A stretch of 64,000 nucleotides of DNA from Eledone cirrhosa (GCA_964016885.1 OZ024760.1:28954001-29018000); one strand, 5' to 3'; shown: positions 22,825 to 35,152, numbered from the stretch's first letter. The notes: generated from the letters alone by a model not told the origin. Numbers and translations: made by a program.

Positions 22825-23066
22825 CTCAGGAAACTGGGATAACTCCGATATATAACATGCGGCTCAGTAGTTATGATGTTGATCTTTTCTTCTTTTCGGG
22901 TTATAGCAACTGTCGCTCAGCGAGTGGGATTAGCTCAGTGCACAGTCTTTCCTCACTTTAAAAAATATCTTCACGCACAGGCATTGCACGATAGAATTAA
23001 TTAATAATTATTAATAATGGTATATCGTGCAATGGCCATACTCGATAACGAGGTGGCAGCCATCAT
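22825..23066 (+). mobile_element. Unclassified short interspersed repeat (family C) with 3' stem-loops
   Basis: Further copies at ~25553-25648 (+, partial) and ~53668-53912 (-); stems cattgcacgata/tatcgtgcaatg and ctcg-ataa-cgag. Confidence 0.7.
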
Positions 23067-23084
23067 ATATATATATATATCTTA

Positions 23085-23280
23085 TCATCATCATCATTTT
23101 CCATGCTAGCATGGGTTAGACGGGTCCTATTTAGAGGCAAGTTGGGTTGGGTGTCCATGTCTCGTGCACATAGGGGAGTTTCTGGCTGGTTTTCTGTGGC
23201 TGGATGCCCTTCCTAACGCCAACCACATTGACAGTGTGTGCTGGATGCTTTTTTTCCGTGTCTTTTACATGACCCCTTTA
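23085..23280 (-). mobile_element. RTE-type 3' tail fragment
   Basis: (CAT)n followed by ttccatgctagcatgggtt ... ggctggatgcccttcctaacgccaacc, homologous to the RTE 3' UTR. Confidence 0.75.
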
Positions 23281-23388
23281 GAGTGTGGGCTGTGGGAAGG
23301 TCAGGATGAGTGTCACATAATTACCTTAGTATATTTCCATGCCTTCGTCTCTTCCCATCCTCATTGCTTAGGGTTAGGGAACATGGAC

Positions 23389-23615
23389 CAATGCTCATCT
23401 ATATGATACTGTGTCTCCACAATTCTCATCTATATGATGCTGTGTCTCCACAATTCTCATCTTTATGATGCTGTGTGCCCACAATTCTCATCTATATGAT
23501 GCTGTGTGCCCACAATTCTCATCTTTATGATGCTGTGTGCCCACAATTCTCATCTTTATGATCCTGTGTGTCCACGATTCTCATCTATATGATGCTGTGT
23601 CTCCACGATTCTCAT
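23389..23615. repeat. 31-bp minisatellite, ~7 copies
   Basis: Unit caattctcatctatatgatgctgtgtctcca. Confidence 0.9.
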
Positions 23616-24119
23616 TGGGGAAGCAACTGACATGAGTCGGTCCACAATCCTCGTCCAGAAGCTGGCAACTCAGAAGCTGGCAACTGAGCCACAGCTCATC
23701 CATCTTTATCACAAGATGAAGTTGTTGACCACTTGAAAGGTTGTCACCTAAGTAACTAAGGAGTCCTATCAACTCCAATTTTAAAATCAAAGTGATCCTT
23801 CTCCTGGACATACTGCCAACCAAAGCTAACAAGCTCTGCCTACCTATTTCTGGTGACTATTGACTCTCCTGAGTTTCTCCACACTTTGAAGGGTTTTGTC
23901 CTTCATCTCACAGGGTGTCCAAAAATCAAGCAAGCTTGGTGATGAGGGTTGTTGGTTTTGTTACCAATGACTCTACCATGTGGCATGTTGTACTGAGGTA
24001 CATGTTACCAGTAGCACTCAAGAATCACCTGACATGCATATCATATAATTACCTTCACATGTTTTTTGTCATCTGATTGCCTTAACGAGCTGTGGCTATG
24101 TCATTACAGGAATAATTTA

Positions 24120-25020
24120 ATTAGTTTCCAACAATTATCTTAACGATGTATTTGATCTCCAGTTATTTTAACAATGTTTTTTCACATCTTATCTTAATGA
24201 TATATTTCATGACCTCCAATTATTTTAACGCCATTTATTTCCATCATATAATTATCTTAACGATATATTTGATTATCTACAATTATTTTAACACTATTTT
24301 TTGACCTCACATAATTATCTTGACGATGGTTTTAGCATCACATAATTATCTTCACGATGGTTTTAACATCATATAATTATCTTAATTAGCTTAATAATGA
24401 TAAGGCTAATTATTTTCTGACATCCTTTCAAATTTGATTAAAAAAATATTAAATCGTGGTGTGATTTATTAGAAATGTGGTCACCAAGGGCTTAATGGTT
24501 TTTGATATCATCTAATTTATCTGAATTATACTTTGATATCATAATTCTCTTAATTAGCCTAATAGTAAATTAATTATCTTATAAAATCTCTCCAAAATTT
24601 TGTTTTAAAAGAATTTATATAAATTAAAATCTACAGGTAGTATAATTTCATTAGAAATATTGTTAGGAAAGGGTTAATATTTTCCATATCACATTATTAT
24701 CTAAATTAGCTTATTAATAAGGAGGCTAATTACTTTATGAAATCTTTCTAAATTTGATTTTTTAAAAATCAATTCCAAACATACAGGCAGATTCATTAGA
24801 AATATTGTTACAAAATGATTAAGGATGTTTTCATATCATATAATTATCTTATTGGTGGCTTTAGTATTCTTTAATTATCTTAATTAGCTTAATAGTTTAA
24901 TTATTTTATGAAATCCTTATAAAATTAGATTTAAAAAATATTGATTAAAAGGCGAATAGAGTGTAGTTTGTTATAGATATTGTAACAAAAGGGTTGATAA
25001 TGTTTTTGATCTGCCATAAA
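24120..25020. repeat. Old AT-rich tandem repeats (~40-bp then ~160-180-bp periodicity)
   Basis: Recurring taattatcttaacgat and ttcattagaaatattgtt...aaagggttaa blocks. Confidence 0.6.
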
Positions 25021-25121
25021 TGACAATGATGGCTTTATTGTATTTTAATTATCCTAATTATGGCTTTGATGATTTTAAAATCATTTTAACTGTTTTTCAC
25101 AATTAACTTAATGGTATTTTG

Positions 25122-25355
25122 GTTCGATAACCAGGAAGTTGTTTATATATTGTCAAATCTCTTTTGTCACACATTCTGTGATCTCCTCAGTGACTAGGGT
25201 TTTATTTTGTGTCTCGCCTTTTGTGTAGGACAAAACATAGCAGAGACACAAAATAAAAACCTAGTCACTGAGGAGATCACAGAATGTGTGACAAAAGAGC
25301 TTTGACAATATATAAACAACCTCCCAGTTATTGAACAAACCAGCCAACCGGAAAT
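25122..25355. mobile_element. Penelope-like terminal-repeat remnant forming a ~94-bp-arm inverted repeat; each arm has a mutated hammerhead core
   Basis: 25122-25215 pairs with 25243-25336; 25225-25355 is a direct repeat of 27079-27213. Confidence 0.65.
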
Positions 25356-25907
25356 TTGTAATAATGGTATTTTTAAGATCATAACTGTAATGATGCTGTT
25401 TTTGATATATAGATAACTTATGATATTTTTACTGATCAGAAATTTGTGTTCAATGTCATAAAACTTCACAATGTCACAATATATAGCTATATATTTTGTG
25501 TTTTATCTGTTACTTTATCTATGTGTGTGTGTGTCCCATTCTTTAAAACAAATCTTCACACAGGTATTGCACAATAGAATTAATTAATAATTATTAATAA
25601 TGCTATATCTTGCAATGGCCATACTCGATAACGAGGGGGCAGCCATCATGTATGTGTATATATATGTGTGTGTGTATGTATGTTCTTCTGGTTTTATAAT
25701 TTTATAAATATTTACCAATAGAGGGAGAGTCAGTTACTAACATTGTTACAAGACTCTTTCATTGGAATTTACTTATCAACTAGGTAGATATGTCTGCATG
25801 TGCAGGTATGGATATTATTGTATGTGTGGATTGTATGTTTTCATATGTATGTATGTGTCTGTGTAGTTGATGGTTGAGAGAAAAGAGTACTCAATATCGA
25901 AGTAGAG

Positions 25908-26315
25908 TTTGGCAGTATCGGTAGAGGGTCGGACGCCATGCTTTGAAGCATAGAGTTACCTCCCTTTATGATCTGAGTTCAAATCCTACCGAGGTTAAAT
26001 TTGCCTTTCATCCTTACGGGGTCGATAAAATAAAGTACCAGTAATACACTGGGATAATTGCTGGCCTTGTGCCAAAGGTAGAAACAATTATATTAAGGCC
26101 AAATACTGAGTCTTGATAACTAGGCAAAACTCCAAAGTAACAAGACTCACTATTTAGCCTAATATAATTGTTTCTACTTTTGGCACAAGGCCAGCAATTA
26201 TCCCAGTGTATTACTGGTACTTTATTTTATCGACCCCGTAAGGATGAAAGGCAAAGTTAACTCTTTGCTGCAAAGCATGGTGTCCAACCCTCTACCGATA
26301 CTGGCAATCCACCGC
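25908..26315. mobile_element. Tail-to-tail inverted pair of SINE family A copies
   Basis: ~25908-26092 (+) and ~26165-26315 (-), ~70-bp spacer. Confidence 0.85.
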
Positions 26316-26709
26316 CTAATATATATATTTAACCTAATATAATATGAATATGTATGTATGTATGTATGTGTGTATGTATGTATGTGTGTGTGTGTTTTCT
26401 GTAAATATGGAAGACCTCTCAAAATGTTAAAGAAAGTCATTGAGGAAGATATAGAATTGTTTGGTGAAGATCTAAAACAGTTAATATTCGATTGTGTGAG
26501 ATGGAAAGGTTTTATGATGTCACCAGAAAGAAGTCGAGGAATTTAGTAGTACTAGAAGTAGTATGTGTATGTATGTCTATTTAGTAATGTATGTCCGACA
26601 TAACTAATCAATGATTTTATCCCTTATTTGTGTCTAGGCTCGTGGGGAAGCAAAGTTCCTGCTTCCAGCCTCCTTTCCCTATTCTCAGGTTCGCTTCATT
26701 TTATATACT

Positions 26710-26746
<37 letters not shown>

Positions 26747-27121
26747 ATGTGTGTAAATATATATATATGTGTATGTATTTATGTGTGTAAATATATAGGT
26801 GTGCATGTATATATGTGTATAAATATATATGTGTGCATGTATGTATGTGTGTATAAATATATATGTGTGCATGTATATATGTAAATGCTGGGAAAGCAGA
26901 CGTTAAAATGACAATGATGATGATGTATATATATATATATACACTTCGTTTTTGAATTTGTTTTGCAAGATTTCTTATCTGAAACCGTGTGTTGAAACAG
27001 ATATTGTTATACTTTGGGAGGGTCATGCTACCAATAAATACACACTCACCTGGTGGTTTTTACTTCAATAACTGGAAGGTGTAGGACAGAACAAAGGAGA
27101 GAGACAGAAAATAAAAACCTA

Positions 27122-27164
27122 GTCACTGAGGAGGTCACAGAATGAGTGACGAAAGATCTTTGAC
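27122..27164 (+). ncRNA. Minimal type I hammerhead ribozyme motif
   Basis: GTCA-CTGAGGA-g-GTCAC-agaatga-GTGAC-GAAA-GATC-T-T-TGAC: stem I GTCA/TGAC, core CUGANGA/GAAA/UH, palindromic stem III AGATCT; one unpaired G at the base of stem II. Confidence 0.7.
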
Positions 27165-27248
27165 AATATATAAATAACCATCTGGTTATCAAACCAACCA
27201 ACCGACCGGAAATTCTTTGGAGGTGGTTTTACATATTGCTTTATATTT

Positions 27249-27517
27249 TAGTTCCATCTAGTGATTTGGTTGCTTTTTCAAGCAGATTGTGGAACCACAG
27301 AGAGGTTTTCTAATCAATTTGTCTTAATATAGTTTAGTTCCATCTAGTGATTTGGCTGCTTTTTCTAGCAGATAGTGGAACCACAGAGAGGTTTTCTAAT
27401 CAATTTGTCTTAATATAGTTTAGTTCCATCTAGTGATTTGGCTGCTTTTTCTAGCAGATTGTGGAACCACAGAGAGGTTTTCTAATCAATTTGTCTTAAT
27501 ATATTTTAGTTCCATCT
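27249..27517. repeat. 86-bp tandem repeat, ~3 copies
   Basis: tagttccatct recurs at 27249, 27335, 27421 and 27507. Confidence 0.9.
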
Positions 27518-27599
27518 CATACATTCAATTTTCCTAAGTAATTTCAAAATCTTTAGTTTGTCATTTATGTCATCCTTCTCCTTTAAGATGTTAGGCATG

Positions 27600-28612
27600 A
27601 CCGCACATGGTCTAATTGTTAAGAGGCTTCACATATAACTGTAATGTCATTGGTTTCGTTCCTTGACTGGGTTGTGTGTTGGGTTCTTGAGCAAGACACT
27701 TTATTTCACATTGCTCCAGCTCTGTGTTGTTTTCATAAGTTATGGGTACACGTGTCTGTAGAATGGTCAGCTACTTACATTGTTATATAAATACATGCAC
27801 ATTTGATGAGTTGTAGTGCACCTGAGCACTGTACACAATAATTTCATTATTATTATTATAAGATGGTTGATAAAATAAAGTACCAGTAATGTACTGGCTA
27901 ATTGCTGGCCTTGTGCCAAAAAGTAGAAACAATTATTATAAGATGGAATCTACCTGTAAATCAAAGAGCCAGCCATGTCATTACACTTTTATGCTGAATC
28001 TCCCTGAGAATTAAGTTAAGGGTACATGTGCCTATCGAATGCTCAGCCACTTACATTGTAATATAAGATGGACTCTACCTATAAATCAGAGAGCCAGCCA
28101 TGTCATACACTGTTATGCTGAATCTCCCTGAGAATTAAGCTAAGGGTACCTGTGTCTGTGGAATGCTCAGCCACTTAGATTGTAATATAAGATGGACTCT
28201 ATCTGTAAATCAGAGAGCCAGCCATGTCACACTATGTTATGCTGAATCTCCCTGAGAATTAAGCTAATGGTACAGGTGCCTGTAGAATGCTCAGCCACTT
28301 AGATTGTAATATAAGATAGACTCTATCTGTAAATCAGAGAGCCAGCCATGTCACACTATGTTATGCTGAATCTCCCTGAGAATTAAGCTAATGGTACAGG
28401 TGCCTGTGGAATGCTCAGCCACTTAGATTGTAATATAAGATGGACTCTATGTGTAAATCAGAGAGCCAGTCATGTCACACTATGTTATGCTGAATCTCCC
28501 TGAGAATTAAGCTGTGGAATGTTCAGCCACTTACACATTAATTTAAGGAGTTGGCTGCTGCTCCATTATTCAAACTACTGTACTACTCATCGTGAAAACC
28601 AACAGAAGTCCA
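27600..28612 (+). mobile_element. Degenerate CORE-like SINE with nested insertions and an internally amplified 124-bp segment
   Basis: Head and CORE-like block at 27600-27720 match family B; 124-bp unit starts at 27938, 28063, 28187, 28311 and 28435. Confidence 0.65.
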
Positions 28613-28769
28613 TTCTGGTATATTAGATGTTAAGCAATCTCACTAATACTAAACCTGTCACTTGTTCCACTCCAGCAATCAGTCAAATATTTTAATGTCT
28701 TAACCTTCCTTAACAAACTCTCCACCTTTCAGTTGCTTTTATATAGACATTTCTTGTTGTTTTTGTGGC

Positions 28770-29675
28770 TGGTCAGTACATAGGAAGAGGACAAAAAGTT
28801 CTGCAGTATTTCTTCTGGTGCTTTTATTGTTTTTGTTGGTGGAGGTACATGGCCTAGTGGTAAGGGTGTTGGACTTACAATAATTGTTTCGACTATTGGC
28901 ACAAGGCTAGCAATTTTCTGGGGAGAGGATAGTCGATTAAATTAACCCCACTACGTTACTGGTGCTTTGTTTTATCGACCCCGTAAGGATGAAAGGCAAA
29001 GTTAACCTCGGCGAGATTTGAACTCAGACCATAAAGGGCCGTAACTCTATGCTACAAAGCATGGCGTCCGACCCTCTACTGATACTGCCAATCCACACTA
29101 TAGGCACAAGGCTAGCAATTTTCTGGGGAGAGGAAAGTCGATTAAACTGACCCCAGTGTATTACTGGTACTTTATTTTATCGACCAAGTAAGGATGAAAG
29201 GCAAAACTAACCTCGGCAGGATTGGAACTCAGTATGTAATGGGCCGTAACTCTATGGTCAGTACATAGGAAGAGGACAAAAAGTTTTGCAGTATTTCTTC
29301 TGGTGCTTTTTTTCTTTTTGTTGGTGGAGGTACATGGCCTAGTGGTAAGGGTGTTGGACTTACAATAATTGTTTCTACTATTGGCACAAGGCCAGCAATT
29401 ACCCCAGTGTATTACTGGTACTTTATTTTATAGACCTCATAAGGATGAAAGGCAAAGTTAACCTTGGTGGGATTTGAACTCAGACCGTAAAGGGACGTAA
29501 CTCTATGCTACAAAGCATGGCGTCCGACCCTCTACCAATACTGCCAATCCACCGCCCTTACAATAATAATGAGGTCTACTATAGACACAGGCCAGCAGTT
29601 TTCTGGGGAGAGGAAAGCTGATTAAATTGACCCCAGTCCATCGCTGGATTAAACCCCCAGCTATTACTGGTACTG
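28770..29675. mobile_element. Local ~485-bp duplication carrying a SINE head interrupted by minus-strand family A SINEs
   Basis: ggtcagtacataggaagaggacaaaaagtt...ggacttacaataattgtttc occurs at ~28771 and ~29256. Confidence 0.75.
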
Positions 29676-29699
29676 ACTTTCAACTGAGTATACTGGAGC

Positions 29700-32600
29700 G
29701 ATGTGATGTGTGGTTGTGGTTGATGATGTTGTAGTTGTTGCGATAGTGGTTGGTGGTGGTTATAGTTGTTGTGGTTGTAGTTGTAGTGGTTGTAGTTGTA
29801 GTGGTTGTTGTGGTTGTAGTGGTTGGTGATGGTTATAGTTGTTGTAGTTGTTGTGGTTGTAGTGGTTGGTGATGGTTATAGTTGTAGTTGTTGTAGTTGT
29901 AGTGGTTGTAGTGGTTGTAGTGGTTGGTGATGGTTATAGTTGTAGTGGTTGTAGTTGTTGTGGTTGTAGTTGTAGCGGCTGTAGTTGTAGTGGTTGTAGT
30001 GGTTGGTGATGGTTATAGTTGTAGTTGTTGTGGTTGTAGTTGTAGTTGTTGTAGTGGTTGGTGATGGTTATAGTTGTAGTGGTTGTAGTTGTTGTGGTTG
30101 TAGTTGTTGTAGTTGTAGTGGTTGTAGTTGTTGTGGTTGTAGTGGTTGGTGATGGTTATAGTTGTTGTAGTTGTAGTGGTTGTGGTTGTAGTTGTAGTGG
30201 TTGTAGTTGTAGTGGTTGGTGATGGTTATAGTTGTTGTAGTTGTTGTGGTTGTAGTTGTTGTGGTTGTAGTGGTTGTGGTTGTAGTGGTTGTCGTGGTTG
30301 TAGTGGTTGTGGTTGTGGTTGTTGTGGTTGTTGTGGTTGTTGGTGGTTGTTGTTGGTAGTTGTAGTTGTGATAGTGGTTGTTGTAGTTGTTGTTGTGGTT
30401 GTGGTTGTTGTTACAGTTGTAGTAGTCGTGATAGTAGTGGTTGTTACAGTTGTAGTGGTTTGTTACAGTTGTAGTAGTGGTTGTTACAGTTGTAGTAGTG
30501 GTTGTTACAGTTGTAGTGGTTTGTTACAGTTGTAGTAGTAGTTGTTACAGTTGTAGTAGTAGTTACAGTTGTAGTAGTAGTTGTTACAGTTGTAGTAGTG
30601 GTTGTTACAGTTGTAGTTACAGTTGTAGTAGTAGTTGTTACAGTTGTAGTAGTAGTTACAGTTGTAGTAGTGGTTGTTACAGTTGTAGTAGTAGTTGTTA
30701 CAGTTGTAGTAGTGGTTGTTACAGTTGTAGTAGTGGTTGTTACAGTTGTAGTAGTGGTTGTTACAGTTGTAGTAGAGTGGTTGTTACAGTTGTAGTAGTG
30801 GTTGTTACAGTTGTAGTAGTGGTTGTTACAGTTGTAGTAGTGGGTGTTACAGTTGTAGTAGTGGGTGTTACAGTTGTAGTAGTGGTTGTTACAGTTGTAG
30901 TGGTTTGTTACAGTTGTAGTAGTGGTTGTTACAGTTGTAGTAGTAGTAGTTACAGTTGTAGTAGTAGTTGTTACAGTTGTAGTAGTAGTTACAGTTGTAG
31001 TAGTAGTTGTTACAGTTGTAGTAGTGGTTGTTACAGTTGTAGTAGTGGTTGTTACAGTTGTAGTAGTGGTTGTTACAGTTGTAGTGGTTTGTTACAGTTG
31101 TAGTAGTAGTTGTTACAGTTGTAGTAGTGGTTGTTACAGTTGTAGTGGTTTGTTACAGTTGTAGTAGTAGTTGTTACAGTTGTAGTAGTAGTTACAGTTG
31201 TAGTAGTGGTTGTTACAGTTGTAGTAGTGGTTCTTACAGTTGTAGTGGTTTGTTACAGTTGTAGTAGTAGTTGTTACAGTTGTAGTAGTAGTTGTTACAG
31301 TTGTAGTAATGGTTGTAAAAGTTGTAGTGGTTTGTTACAGTTGTAGTAGTAGTTGTTACAGTTGTAGTAGTAGTTACAGTTGTAGTAGTGGTTGTTACAG
31401 TTGTAGTAGTAGTTGTTACAGTTGTAGTAGTGGTTGTTACAGTTGTAGTAGTGGTTGTTACAGTTGTAATAGTGGTTGTTACAGTTGTAGTAGTGGTTGT
31501 TACAGTTGTAGTAGAGTGGTTGTTACAGTTGTAGTAGTGGTTGTTACAGTTGTAGTAGTGGGTGTTACAGTTGTAGTAGTGGTTGTTACAGTTGTAGTAG
31601 TGGTTGTTACAGTTGTAGTAGTGGTTGTTACAGTTGTAGTAGTGGTTGTTACAGTTGTAGTAGTAGTAGGTACAGTTGTAGTAGTGGTTGTTACAGTTGT
31701 AGTAGTAGTTGTTACAGTTGTAGTAGTGGTTGTTACAGTTGTAGTAGTGGTTGTTACAGTTGTAGTAGTGGTTGTTACAGTTGTAGTAGTGGTTGTTACA
31801 GTAGTAGTAGTGGTTGTTACAGTTGTAGTAGTAGTAGTTACAGTTGTAGTAGTGGTTGTTACAGTTGTAGTAGTGGTTGTTACAGTTGTAGTAGTGGTTG
31901 TTACAGTTGTAGTAGTGGTAGTTAAAGTTGTAGTAGTGGTTGTTACAGTTGTAGTAGTAGTTGTTACAGTTGTAGTAGTGGTTGTTACAGTTGTAGTAGT
32001 GGTTGTTACAGTTGTAGTAGTGGTTGTTACAGTTGTAGTAGTGGTCGTTACAGTTGTAGTAGTAGTTGTTACAGTTGTAGTAGTGGTTGTTACAGTTGTA
32101 GTAGTGGTTGTCACAGTTGTAGTAGTGGTTGTTACAGTTGTAGTAGTGGTTGTTACAGTTGTAGTAGTAGTAGTTACAGTTGTAGTAGTGGTTGTTACAG
32201 TTGTAGTAGTAGTTGTTACAGTTGTAGTAGTGGTTGTTACAGTTGTAGTAGTGGTTGTTACAGTTGTAGTAGTGGTTGTTACAGTTGTAGTAGTGGTTGT
32301 TACAGTAGTAGTAGTGGTTGTTACAGTTGTAGTAGTAGTAGTTACAGTTGTAGTAGTGGTTGTTACAGTTGTAGTAGTGGTTGTTACAGTTGTAGTAGTG
32401 GTTGTTACAGTTGTAGTAGTGGTAGTTAAAGTTGTAGTAGTGGTTGTTACAGTTGTAGTAGTAGTTGTTACAGTTGTAGTAGTGGTTGTTACAGTTGTAG
32501 TAGTGGTTGTTACAGTTGTAGTAGTGGTTGTTACAGTTGTAGTAGTGGTCGTTACAGTTGTAGTAGTAGTTGTTACAGTTGTAGTAGTGGTTGTTACAGT

Positions 32601-34500
32601 TGTAGTAGTGGTTGTCACAGTTGTAGTAGTGGTTGTTACAGTTGTAGTAGTAGTTGTTACAGTTGTAGTAGTAGTTGTTACAGTTGTAGTAGTAGTTGTT
32701 ACAGTTGTAGTAGTAGTTACAGTTGTAGTAGTGGTTGTCACAGTTGTAGTAGTGGTTGTTACAGTTGTAGTAGTGGTTGTTACAGTTGTAGTAGTGGTTG
32801 TTACAGTTGTAGTAGTACTTGTTACAGTTGTAGTAGTGGTTGTTACAGTTGTAGTAGTGGTTGTTACAGTTGTAGTAGTGGTTGTTACAGTTGTAGTAGT
32901 GGTTGTTACAGTTGTAGTAGTAGTTGTTACAGTTGTAGTAGTGGTTGTTACAGTTGTAGTAGTGGTAGTTACAGTTGTAGTAGTGGTTGTTACAGTTGTA
33001 GTAGTAGTTGTTACAGTTGTAGTAGTGGTTGTTACAGTTGTAGTAGTAGTTGTTACAGTTGTAGTAGTGGTTGTTACAGTTGTAGTAGTAGTTGTTACAG
33101 TTGTAGTAGTGGTTGTTACAGTTGTAGTAGTGGTTGTTACAGTTGTAGTAGTGGTTGTTACAGTTGTAGTAGTAGTTGTTACAGTTGTAGTAGTGGTTGT
33201 TACAGTTGTAGTAGTGGTTGTTACAGTTGTAGTAGTAGTTGTTACAGTTGTAGTAGTAGTTGTTACAGTTGTAGTAGTGGTTGTTACAGTTGTAGTAGTG
33301 GTTGTTACAGTTGTAGTAGTGGTTGTTACAGTTGTAGTAGTGGTTGTTACAGTTGTAGTAGTGGTTGTTACAGTTGTAGTAGTAGTTGTTACAGTTGTAG
33401 TAGTGGTTCTTACAGTTGTAGTAGTGGTTGTTACAGTTGTAGTAGTAGTTGTTACAGTTGTAGTAGTAGTTGTTACAGTTGTAGTAGTGGTTGTTACAGT
33501 TGTAGTAGTACTTGTTACAGTTGTAGTAGTGGTTGTTACAGTTGTAGTAGTGGTTGTTACAGTTGTAGTAGTGGTTGTTACAGTTGTAGTAGTAGTTGTT
33601 ACAGTTGTAGTAGTGGTTCTTACAGTTGTAGTAGTGGTTGTTACAGTTGTAGTAGTAGTTGTTACAGTTGTAGTAGTAGTTGTTACAGTTGTAGTAGTGG
33701 TTGTTACAGTTGTAGTAGTGGTTGTTACAGTTGTAGTAGTGGTTGTTACAGTTGTAGTAGTAGTTGTTACAGTTGTAGTAGTGGTTGTTACAGTTGTAGT
33801 AGTGGTTGGTACAGTTGTAGTAGTGGTTGTTACAGTTGTAGTAGTGGTTGTTACAGTTGTAGTAGTAGTTGTTACAGTTGTAGTAGTGGTTGTTACAGTT
33901 GTAGTAGTGGTTGGTACAGTTGTAGTAGTGGTTGGTACAGTTGTAGTAGTGGTTGTTACAGTTGTAGTAGTGGTTGTTACAGTTGTAGTAGTGGTTGGTA
34001 CAGTTGTAGTAGTGGTTGTTACAGTTGTAGTAGTGGTTGTTACAGTTGTAGTAGTAGTTGTTACAGTTGTAGTAGTGGTTGTTACAGTTGTAGTAGTGGT
34101 TGGTACAGTTGTAGTAGTGGTTGGTACAGTTGTAGTAGTGGTTGTTACAGTTGTAGTAGTGGTTGTTACAGTTGTAGTAGTGGTTGTTACAGTTGTAGTA
34201 GTGGTTGTTACAGTTGTAGTAGTGGTTGTTACAGTTGTAGTAGTAGTTGTTACAGTTGTAGTAGTGGTTGTTACAGTTGTAGTAGTGGTTGTTACAGTTG
34301 TAGTAGTGGTTGTTACAGTTGTAGTAGTGGTTGTTACAGTTGTACTAGTAGTTGTTACAGTTGTAGTAGTGGTTGTTACAGTTGTAGTAGTGGTTGTTAC
34401 AGTTGTAGTAGTGGTTGTTACAGTTGTAGTAGTGGTTGTTACAGTTGTAGTAGTGGTTGTTACAGTTGTAGTAGTGGTTGTTACAGTTGTAGTAGTTGTG
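29700..34500. repeat. (GTT/GTA/GTG)n microsatellite grading into a 21-bp minisatellite
   Basis: Unit gttacagttgtagtagtggtt from ~30410; gives poly-Val and poly-Thr ORFs on opposite strands. Confidence 0.95.
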
Positions 34501-34754
34501 ATAGTAAATTTTTTTTCCCTCTTAAATTTCTCCAACATCTAAAATACATTTGTTTTTGTAATTTTTGTTGTTGTAGCTGTGGGGTAATTTTTATTTATTT
34601 AATTATCAATTTATTGCTTGTTGTTGTTGTTGTTGTCATCCATTCAGCAGGTATTGGTGTTAGAATTCTCCAGTTTGATATTGTTTCAACATTGAATGCT
34701 GTGTTGTTGTTGTTAAAAATAAATTCCATTAAATTTCACTGATCTTACACACAC

Positions 34755-34965
34755 ACTAACGTGTGTATGTATATATACACAGTAATGTGTGTATATATAT
34801 ATATATATACACACTCTAACGTGTGTACATATATATATATATATATATACACTAACGTGTGTACATATATATATATATATATGTACACTAACGTGTGTAC
34901 ATATGTATATATATATATACACTAACGTGTGTACATATATATATATACACTAACGTGTGTACACA
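34755..34965. repeat. Compound repeat: cactaacgtgtgtaca separated by variable (TA)n, ~6 copies
   Basis: Direct inspection. Confidence 0.8.
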
Positions 34966-35086
34966 TATATATATATATATATATATATATCATGATAAAT
35001 TAACGGAGCCACAGACTCTCACTATATCTCTCTCTATATCTCTCTCTAGTGTGTTACCTTTTCAAGATATTATATACATATATATA

Positions 35087-35152
<66 letters not shown>

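Noticed and set aside
23700-23830. ORF 23581-23832 as a host gene
   Set aside because: LELIGLLSYLGDNLSSG resembles the RTE segment IEIVDSFRYLGDKISSG, so it is probably a decayed LINE scrap; too weak to list as a feature.
31309-34542. 1077-aa poly-Val and 1012-aa poly-Thr (mucin-like) ORFs on opposite strands
   Set aside because: They result from a stop-free 21-bp unit; there is no splice or domain context and they lie in an intron whose flanking exons already join in phase.
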